64,000 nucleotides of DNA, taken from Paraspadella gotoi (taxonomy: Eukaryota; Animalia; Chaetognatha). Under the pieces are notes generated by a model. That model saw nothing but the letters and a program-made list of their open reading frames with translations. It made no database searches and was not told the origin of the DNA. The DNA is taken from positions 5,681,452 through 5,745,451 of the forward strand of contig CM119270.1 of assembly GCA_051294375.1 (NCBI GenBank), given 5' to 3'. The translations under genes and the position numbers were made by a program. Below, piece by piece: positions 14,192 through 36,700 of this stretch (position 1 is the stretch's first letter; every line of letters starts with the position of its first letter).

Positions 14192-14922
14192 AGAAAAAAG
14201 AGAAGAAAGAAAGAAAAAACCAAAGACAGCAGCAAGCTATGCAAGCAAGCAAGCAAGGGCTTATTCATTCCGTTTTTACGGTGACCTTTGAGAGAGTCAA
14301 CAATCAAAGGTGATTTTTTAGGTCGGCTTTTGATTTTTCATCAAAGGAGAATTAAGATCGAGACGCGAATTTTGATTCTGGGTACAAAAAAAAAAAAATT
14401 GGAAAAGGGAAGGGTGAAAACTACAGTGAGAGTATCTTGGTTCGTGATATTTACACAAAAAATCTTTTTTAAAGCCTGTTTTTAGTGTAGAGAAAGTTGT
14501 AGATGTTGCGTGTATGATATTTATTACTGGCAAATTTGAAATATTTTTTATAACATTTTATCTATTCTTTCAATATTTTCTAAAACTTATTACTAGTTGT
14601 AACTTTGAGTCGTTGGTCCTTGTATCATACTGACCATTAAGGTCAATTGATCGACTAAATCCCAATATTAAAAATCAAATGTGACACCTAAAATGATAAT
14701 ATCCGAAAAATCTTAATCCTTTAACAATTTTTTTTCTTTTTTTTTTTTTTTGTACCCAGAATCAAAATTCGCGTCTCGATCTTAATTCTCCTTTGATGAA
14801 AAATCAAAAGCCGACCTAAAAAATCACCTTTGATTGTTGACTCTCTCTCAAAGGTCACCGTAAAAAAACGGAATGAATAAGCCCTTGCTTGCTTGCTTTG
14901 CTTGCTCGCTGCTTGCTTCTTT

Positions 14923-14970
<48 letters not shown>

Positions 14971-14990
14971 TTTTCTTTCTTTTTTCTTCT

Positions 14991-15031
<41 letters not shown>

Positions 15032-15043
15032 TTTTTTTCTTTC

Positions 15044-15085
<42 letters not shown>

Positions 15086-17686
15086 CAGGATGAGAGAGAG
15101 AGAGAGACATTCTAGGAACAGAAACAGACAGAGGAAATAATCAGGGATTTCATTCCGTCTATTTCTTAGTTTGGGTTAAATATTGAGGTCAGATTTTAAC
15201 CTGACATTGCAATAAACTTTTTAAAACGCGGACGAAAAAATTGGAAAAAAAGAGCATGAAAATTAAAAAAAATTAAGCGTTGATGAATTAATTAAATATA
15301 GACATATATAGATACTCGAACTACGCTTTCCCCAGAAAAAAATAAGAAAGACGCAATAAAAGTAAAGTGGTTTTCCATTTTTAACGTCCCTCGCTTGGAG
15401 GTCAAGAAAAAAAAGGATTCGGAAATTGCGTGAAAAAACCAGCAACGCTTAAACATATTATTCTATTTCCAATAACATTCTATTCCCTTTGTCTAAATCT
15501 ATTTCTATACTATTCTCTGATTTGATTTTAAATTCAAAGCATGTTATTGCTTTTTATTATAAGTAAACGTTTTATGTCAAAGCAAAAGACCAGAACGATC
15601 ACTGAGAGCGTGTGTTGTCAGTTCAGATGTTCAGCGTACAGACGTACAATAACGACTCCAATCTCGACGCGTTCGGCGCGCAAATCTCGCGAACTTCACG
15701 TGACGTCGGCCGGTGAAGTCACGTGATTCCGGACAGTAGTGGTCGCGACCGACGACGACGACCGACGACAAAGAAAAATCTATTCAAACAAAAAACTCGG
15801 AAAGAGAAAAAGGTTGTTTCACGACGACCGATGTCGAAAAGGCTTAATTTCAAATTTTTTTAATGACATGAGAAAAATTTTTAATATATTGTTGATGTAA
15901 ATATTCTATTATTATTACCTTTCATGATTTTTCAATGTTTTTTCCAGACTTAGAAGTGTCTGCGCTGTGTTCTTCTCTTTTTTTCTCTGGGTACTGAATA
16001 AAAAACGCTCATATTATTGAATTTTTTTCCTGGATTTAATTACTACATTTACCATTTACTTCGGACTCCTTTTTGAGTTTCATTATCTCACATTATTGAC
16101 TAACACACCTGCACCAAATGATTCAAAGTTACTTTTTTACCCTCAAACGATTCCTCGTTTCCGTTTTGTTTTTAATTTTAGTTTTTATATTTTCGGCCAA
16201 CTCACCGACGACCCGATTCGACAATGAAGCGCTCTGCCGACGAACAACGACTACGAACTCGAATGCCCCCAGGCGGCGTTCGAAGAAAAGTTATCGGAAA
16301 TTTCGTTCTGAATGAAAGAGAACTTGGAAAGTAAAGAAACGAAGGAAATCTCAACTCGGGGGCTAGAAGTTTTCATCTTAGAGACAATAGCTTCATTTCG
16401 CGCCATTGTTTCAATCTCTCTCTTTTTTNNNNNNNNNNNNNNNNNNNNNNNNNAAAAAAAATAGAGGATTCCCCTGTAGATTTCTGATTCGTTTGAAGAA
16501 AAAAAAGTAGATTCGCTTCCATCGCCGAAGCTGCTGACGAAACCGGCTTAAAATTTACTTTGCGTATTTAAATTCAATAAAAAAGGTGAGATGTTTAAAC
16601 TTACTTTTTCATTCTCAAGTCCAACTCGGTTCTTTCTTTTCTACTCCTCATCCTCATCTTTCTCTTCCTCCTCTTACTTCCCCCCCCCTCTCTTTTCGTT
16701 TACGTTCTTCGTTTTCTTTATAATTTAATTTTTATTATTGTTAAATATATATAGATATTAGAGGGAGGGAATCACCGATAGTTTTGTTTGTTAGACTATA
16801 TTGATACGAAGAAGAGGGAAAAAAAGCAAATAGAATACGAATCTAAAAATAGTATCGATACTGATAGCAAAAAATAACAAATATAACAATAAAACACTAA
16901 AAAAACTAAAAAAAAAAAACAAATGTAGGGTTAATAAAAAAAAAGGTAAAGACTGAAGGAAGAGTCATAGAGAGATGAAAGAAAAAAAATGGGTAATGTT
17001 ACGAAACTTACCTTCTTCCTTGAACAGAAGTGGATAATGGCACGGAAAGTATTTCACTCCCTGGGTTGCGGAAATCCTAGCATTCTCTCTCTTTCTTTTT
17101 TCTCTTTCTCTTTCTTTGTTCTTCTTATTTTTTTTTTTTTTTTTTGCTTGATTTCGTTGTTATCTTTGTATTTTTTCTCTGTCTCTCTCTCTCTCTCTCT
17201 CTTCTCTCTTCTCTTCCTCTCTCTCTCTCTCTCTCTCTCCTACTCTTTCTAATTTTTTTTCATTTTTTATCATTAATTCATTCATTCATCTAATTATCAA
17301 TTATTTTTTATTTCTTTCTCACTTCCATTCACTAATTACCAATCTCCTTCACCATCATTTCTTTCGCTCTTCCGCGTCCTCTTACATCTTCTCTCTTTCC
17401 TCCCTCCATCTACTCGACCTCACCTTTCTTCTTTCTTTCAAACGCCCCGTTAACTTACCCTCCCTCTCATCCCGACCTCGCCTTTCATCTTCCTCACCCT
17501 TTTCTCCTCTCGGTCGCGATTTCTCCGTCGGGTAAGTTTCTCCCTCTTGTCCCGATTCACTCACCTTTTTTTCCTCGAACTCACCCTCTTTCTTTTTTTT
17601 ATTTTTCTCGGCTTCTTATTTTTTTTTCATCTCCTTCTTCGGGCGACGCAATCTTTCATCTTTTTGTCCCGGTTTTTATCCTCGTA

Positions 17687-29355
<11,669 letters not shown>

Positions 29356-31915
29356 CGACAACAACAACCAAGACGCCGATGACGGTTGAAATCGGGTGGT
29401 GCGTTATTACTGCCAGAGTTATGACAATAATTACGACGTCTCTCGTTATTCACTATGGATAATTTCGCGAGGGCGATGTCAGTCATGTCATCACAATCAA
29501 TTACGACCCTACATTTTATTTTTTTTTAAGTTTTGCCGTGGGAAGCTGTAATTATGTAATAGGCAAAAAATACACTGTGAGCTGAAAAAGTAGCTGGAAC
29601 TAAATTGCATTTAATATTAAATATATGTATGGAAAATGCCTTTATTCTGTACAATAATTCATCGAAAACATTTTTATAAGTCGAAATTTACGCAAATGAT
29701 TTTTTTCCTTTTATTTCTTCACTTTTTCTGACTTGTGAATCGTTAAATATCAAACAAGTTTCTTCTTCAAACAAAATTTTGGTGAGAAAGAAACTTTTTT
29801 ACTAATAAAATAATATAAAAATTATCGGAAATTTTTATTTCTTAACTTCTTTTTCATCTTTAATTAAATTAATAACTTGAATTTATAGTAGGTGTAAGCT
29901 TTTATAAAAAAATTATAAAAGTAAAAATTTAATTTGAAAAAATCAATTTTAATTTCATTATGTAAAAATCTTACAAGAATAGTTTTTAAGGTAATATTAT
30001 TTTTTATCTGCATAAAAATAACTTTCAAGTGTAAAAATTATTAATCTGGTGAGAAATTTTACCGTCAAATCCGTTCACACTTGGATTTACTTCTAGCCTC
30101 ACCTCAGAAAGATTTACCATTTTCTAGACCCTTTTAAGTCTTCAAACATTCCGTTTCTTTAAGGGGACCCAGTGATAAAAATGATATCATAAGCTTAAGG
30201 GTCTATCATCAAAGGAATTTGAATGGTGATAGTCATTAATTTTTCTTTGCACGGGAAAGTGTCAAAAAAATTCCTATCTCTTATTCTAGCGGAAACAAAA
30301 ATTAATAATTATGAAAAAAAAATTTAGTTGACCCTACCTAAATATTTATATAATCCATTATTTTATTTTTGCATTAGAAAGTATTTTTTACTAAATTCCA
30401 ATTTTTATTTTTACTATACAAAGCTATAATTTTAGGTTTAAGCCTCATTGAACAAAGGCTTTACAAGACTAATATTTTTTTATTTTTATATTTATTTAAA
30501 AGCAGATAAATCAAACCTAAATTCTATTCTTACAGAAACAAAACTGTAATAATTATTAATTAATATTCATATTCATCCCTTAAATGTATAATTAAACTAT
30601 ATTGATTCCTAATTATAACAATTAAAAATTTAGCAAAAGTACAGAATCTTTTTCTTCTTTTTATATTTATATTACTTCAAAGAGTTTTATTTTCATCCAA
30701 TTAACAGAATCATTTGAAAAGAAAGTTTAAATAAAATCAGTCGATACCTTAAATTTTGATTCATTCCTAGTTTTTTTTCTTATAAATTTTTGTGATAAAA
30801 GCTGAAAATCTTTTTAAAATTAGATCTTACCCTTTTTTGGAAAAAAAAATTTTAAACTTGAAAAAGATTTTCTTCTTACCGATTTTTTAAAGAAAATTAA
30901 GCTCGCTGATTTTATCAAATTTTTTAACTACTTTCCCAAATGATTATAGAAGAAAAAATTATATGATCAGAACCAGCTTAAGTTAAAGGGTCAAACGTTA
31001 TGTTTTCAGCTTTTTACCCCCCCTGTTCACTTGGTCCCCTTAAACATCATCTCATTTAACCGAAAGAAAGCCTTCAGCCATTCTACTTATCTGTATTCTC
31101 AATAAATATTGATACAAAATATATAAGATTTCATAAACATTTAATGGAAATCTTTGAGTGTATTTTGTATGAACATTGACTTTTTTCCCCTCTTAGCTCA
31201 AAATTCGTTTATGTATCAAATGATCCTTTTCTTTTTCTTTTTCTTTTTTTTGCATTATAGACTTGAATAAAATGTCTTTCTCACGGAATCGTCATTAATT
31301 TTTAACTTAGTTATTTTGAGATTTATCTTCCTGATGACAGTTAGTTTTTTTGGAAAATCGAGATTCAAGTTGATCGAATTTATTACTGTTTGAAATATAT
31401 GCAAAATCATTGAAAATTTTAATCACAGTTTATTTTACACTTACAAGTAAAATTGCTATAAATTATTTTATGAAAGTTCTTTTTAAAAATATGAAAACTT
31501 CCTACGTTTAAATGTTTTGTTATGATTCAACTACGAGGGTGCACCCATACCTATTTTAACGCTCATTTTAATATTCGTTTTTCCATTTTTGAAATAGAGT
31601 ATTTCCATCTAAATAAGCCTCGTAAGCACCCCGACAGGCTTCGTAAGCACCCGCGCTGGACTTGTTTGAATTTAGACATGTCTATGTGCAAACTGGAACG
31701 AAATCGACACTGTAGCCGAAATCGATAGAAAAATTTTCAGGAAAAAAAAAGGAAAAATTTAAAATGAGAAAAAAGAAAAGAATCGATTTTCTATTGCGGA
31801 GTTTGTTTACATTAAAAATCGATAAGTAGGGTAAGGTAATTTACGGGTCTGCCTGGTTGGCTTGGGCATGATTAAAAAACGAGTACAGATTATCTCGTAC
31901 AAAAGGAATTAATTA

Positions 31916-31984
<69 letters not shown>

Positions 31985-32265
31985 TATGACAAGATAAGTT
32001 AAAAGATTGAAAAAAATTATAAGGTATACGTTATACAGTACTGACACAAATTACGTATGTAATGTTACCTACGTATTAAGAAATGTTTCCTTTTTTAAGC
32101 ATCTTTTTTTTCAAAACTCGTTCGACTACTACAATTTGCAACTGACGGCAAAAGAACTAAAAAGGAAATGAAACTCGAAATGAAACTCATTAGTTGTAAC
32201 AATGGAAAACGTAATTGAATGTTAATTGCTCGTAATAAGCTTCTTTCATACTTTTTCCTGGAATC

Positions 32266-32310
<45 letters not shown>

Positions 32311-33056
32311 AGAAACTATATAAACTTGCAAAAGCATATTTGCTTTCATCTCGAGGTGATTCTGAAATAATCGATCAGGAAGCTTCTACATTTTTTGAGC
32401 TCTTTTGCTTGCTTTGCCAACCGTAACTTTGCTTGCCTCCTTATTCTTATTTTTTTGGTACAGTTTATTTTTTCTGTCTTTCTCTGCTTTCTATTTTTAA
32501 CGAGAATCATGAAGTTCGATTTGCGCTTAATCGTGCGCGAAATTAATTTTCAATTTTGCTCTCGATTCGAAAATAAGAGTTCAAGAAGGAAATGAGGCTG
32601 GTAGATACAACCGAGACGGCGATGAAAATTTAGACTAAGATATTGTACTCCATATTGTAATTGTAACAGAAGCTTTCGTACACTAACTACAATGCGAGAG
32701 CAATCGTAGCCTGCGTGGCGCATGCGAGCGCCCCTCCCTACCCCAGTGTTACCACGCGCAAACAAAGGGTGCAAATCGCGTGTGGGTGGGATTTTGTTGC
32801 GAGCGTGAAGTTTCCGGCTTTGGAAGGAAGAGAAGGAGGAAGAGAACGTCGACGACGACGACGACGACGACGACGATTGAAATAATAATGATAAGATTGA
32901 TGAAGACGATGCGATGATTAATTAAAATGAAGACGATGACAATTACAATAATTACGTCATGAAGTGTGTAAACGACGATGATGCGGACGATGAGAGTCAC
33001 AATGACAGCGACAATGACATTGATAATCAAAAGAGCTTTTAGTTGTTTCTGGATGA

Positions 33057-33097
<41 letters not shown>

Positions 33098-33706
33098 AAG
33101 CAACGTTGACAACGACGATGCTAACTGGGAGAAAACGCGTTCAGTTTTGGCGGATATATGCGGCGAACCAGAGGCCCGAATTCGCGAGAGCGATCGATTT
33201 CGGGAAACGATTCATTGGTGCTCACATTTATTTTGTATGTTAAAATAGTATTTTAATGCTTATTATTATAAAATAATCGATATGCAGTCACGGTGTGAAT
33301 CTTTTGAGCGATAACTATTTCCTCACCAAGTAAAATTATCGATTCAAGTCCCGCGGGATCTAAAATAACGACCCCCGGAACTATCATCGCTTTGGTGACG
33401 AGAAAAAACAGGGAAAAATAAAAGAAACGAAAAGAAAAATAAATCGATATTCTACGTCGATTTTTTTTCAGAACCGGAAATTCCGTTGGACGTCGATTCG
33501 GATATGTTCGGTTGAATTAAAGGTGGAATAAATGTAGTATAATAATTCGTAGACATAATTCAAGAATTTCATTTCATTTAAATTTAAATTAACTTTTAAA
33601 TTTAAGCTTCGGCTCAACTCGAAATCCCAGTCGCTACTCGAAACCTCTGGATAAACTCAATTAGACTTTCTTCTCTCCTATCTCTTGTTTATTTTTTACA
33701 ATCAAT

Positions 33707-36700
33707 ATGAGGGAAATCGTTCACATTCAAGTTGGTCAATGTGGGAATCAAATCGGCACCAAGGTAAGTAAAAACTCTCTGATTCGATTATTTCTCTTGA
33801 CAAGACAGTGGATCAATTCCACTTACGTAGAAATATAATATTTTTAATGAAGCTAATAATGTAATATATATTCAAAATATATCTAACCTTTTAAAATATT
33901 TCTATTATATTTACCTTCAGCACTTTGACTTTTGTTTTACAAAATTCCTTTCAAAGATTTTTTTTTTGGGGGGGGGGTTTAGTTTTGGGAGGTGATTTCC
34001 GAGGAGCACGGGATCAACGCCGATGGTCAGTACGAAGGATCCAACGACCTTCAGCTGGAGCGGGCCAACGTGTACTACGAGGAGGCTGGGAGTAAGTGAT
34101 CATTGATGATGTTCTTTGTTGTTATCGTTAGGCTGACATTTTTTGGTGGAAAAAAAAGAGTACTTTCATAAATCAGGGTTATGATTCTTAAATATGATTT
34201 TTTTTATTTTCAAGACATCAATACTAACTAAATATTATACAATATACATACTACATAGTTCATAGTACACCGTCACAGATCCTTTAGATCATTCGGTCTC
34301 ATCTCGAAAATAAAATAAAGCAATAAACTCCATTTATTTTTTTCTGATAATTAAATAGACAAGATATTTCAATCCTTCACGTTTCCGTTTCCACTCGGTC
34401 TCTCCATCTTGTTTCCACTCGGTCTCGAGATCTCGTTTCCACTCGGTCTCGCGAGCTCATTCTGTAGCCAGAGCGGTTCTCCGCCGCTCCCAAATAAAAG
34501 ACCCTCGCTCCGTCCCCTCTAATGAATCTTCTAATGAATCTAATGAATCCTCTAATGAATCTAAAGAATCCCTCTAATAAATCCTCTAATGAATGTAATG
34601 AATCCCTCTAATGAATCTTATAATGAATCCAATGAATCACTCTAATGAATCCCAGACGGTTCCTACGTTCCACGCGCCATCCTCGTGGATCTGGAACCCG
34701 GCACAATGGACGCCGTCCGCAACGGACCCCTCGGCCGACTCTTCCGGCCGGACTCGTTCGTCTTCTCTCAATCCGGCGCCGGAAACAACTGGGCCAAAGG
34801 GCATTACACGGAGGGTGAAAGTTGGAGATCGATTGATATATATTAATATATATTTAAAGATTAATTTAAACCAATCAAATCAAATCGATCGATCGATCAA
34901 ACGCCAGGTACCGAACTGGTCGACAACGTCCTAGACGTCGTGAGAAAAGATGCCGAATCTTGCGACTGTCTGCAAGTAAAAAATATCATTATATATTGTA
35001 TAATGTTTGAAACTGAAATTTAATTGACCATATGACGGTTTTCCTTTTTCGCCAAGGGTTTTCAAATGACTCACTCTCTCGGCGGCGGAACCGGGAGCGG
35101 AATGGGGACGCTCATGATTTCCAAGATTCGGGAGGAATACGCGGACAGAATCATGAACACTTTCTCAATCGTACCGTCGCCTAAAGTAAAATCCTTTGGC
35201 CTAAAAAAGTTAGGAAAGATGTTTTCATAATCGTTCAATGTTCATGTAACACGTGCTTTGAAAAAAATAATTATTATTTTATAATTTGATATAGAAAAAC
35301 ATCGATTTGGGATACCGTGCTAATTTTATTTAGACCATGCATTCAACCAATTCTCTGGCCTTGAATATGAACCAGCTAAATGGTTTGAATGCATGGTCTA
35401 AATAAAATTAGCACTGTATCCCAAATCGATGTTTTTCTATATCAAACTACTCGGTGCATGAGATGACACTTAACAATCTATTTTATAATTTACAATTTTT
35501 AACTAAGTTTTTTTTACCAAATAGTGAATTGTATACTAAACAAGACCATTTTTTGGTTACAAAAATTTGTTTACGCATTCTCAAACAGTTTAAAGTAATT
35601 TTGAAAGCTTTTTTTTGGGCCAACAGTTTATATCACATGATATTCATAAAATTCTAATATTTTTTTTTGTTTTTACATGTAATTTTCTTTTTTATTTAAA
35701 AAAACCACGATGACAGTGACAATGAACAGTGATACAATAAAAAGACCTAATAAGACATCAATGCTCTACAGAAATATAAGATATATAAGATATATAAGAA
35801 TATTAGATATAATGATAAGTAAAATTTTTTTAGAAAGCAATATATATATATATTTAAGATATAGATTAAAAGTAAATTTTCATAAAATATAAAATAAGAA
35901 ATAAAAACTAGTGAAAATTTCATAAATAAATTATATAGATATATAATATATATATATATATATAAGTTATTAGAAAATGTTTTCGAAGCAATGACAATTT
36001 GTTGTTGGTATCAATAATCAACTTAATATTAATTTTCTAGCATCTAATAAACGTTCAGTACCGCATCGACCTAGGGAGCACAACCATCTGCACTCAGAAT
36101 ATCATTTCATGAAACTGCGCGGCAAATGTTTTTTTCTTTCATTTTTAACGATAACTTTTGTCTTTACTATCAAAAGATGCAAGCGTTATTCGTTGTAAAA
36201 TTAACTCTCCCTAGTGCCGCAATATGCAAATAAGATGAATTCGCACTTTTTTAAAATATATCACCCTAGGTTTCCGACGTGGTGGTGGAGCCGTACAACG
36301 CGACCCTGACCCTCCATCAGCTCGTCGAGAACACGGACGAGACCTACTGCATCGACAACGAGGCTCTCTACGACATTTGCTTCAAGACGCTCAAGCTGAG
36401 GACGCCGACCTACGGGATCTCAATCACCTCGTCAGCGCGACCATGCGGGTGAGTGAAGACTTCACTGAAGAGGCAGCGTTGGCGCAGGGGTTGGTGTCTT
36501 TAACTGTTTATATCCTTGCATTTTCTTCCCTCTAAGACATCTCGTTTCTATGTCTTTCTTTCTGTCTTTCTGTCTGTCTGTCGGTCTCCCGTGTCAGCTT
36601 TTCACCGCAGCTTCTTGCTCTTCATCTCTAATTCTATAATTTTCTGACGCTAGTTCTACTTAAATGACTGTTTGTCTCTTTCGTCCATCTCTTTCTCCAA

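Larger units (their letters stand above)
8895..16428. repeat. Three copies of one ~2.5-kb locus in +/-/+ orientation (nested fold-backs)
   Basis: 8895-11745 (+); 12360-14398 (-, mirrors 11745 back to ~9230, without the MITE); 14400-16410 (+, mirrors 8895-11340, without the MITE). 11996-12270 is a noisy repeat of 11730-11970. Gaps at 11971-11995, 13064-13073 and 16429-16453. Confidence 0.9.

Noticed and set aside
32749-33243. Hydrophobic (-) and poly-Thr (+) ORFs upstream of tubulin
   Set aside because: They derive from (GAC)n/(GAT)n low-complexity sequence, and no convincing splice sites or family motif were found.
36335-36365. Tyr at beta-tubulin position 200 as a benzimidazole-resistance allele
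   Set aside because: Y200 is the normal state in many animal beta-tubulins, and there is no evidence this organism is a nematode or fungus.
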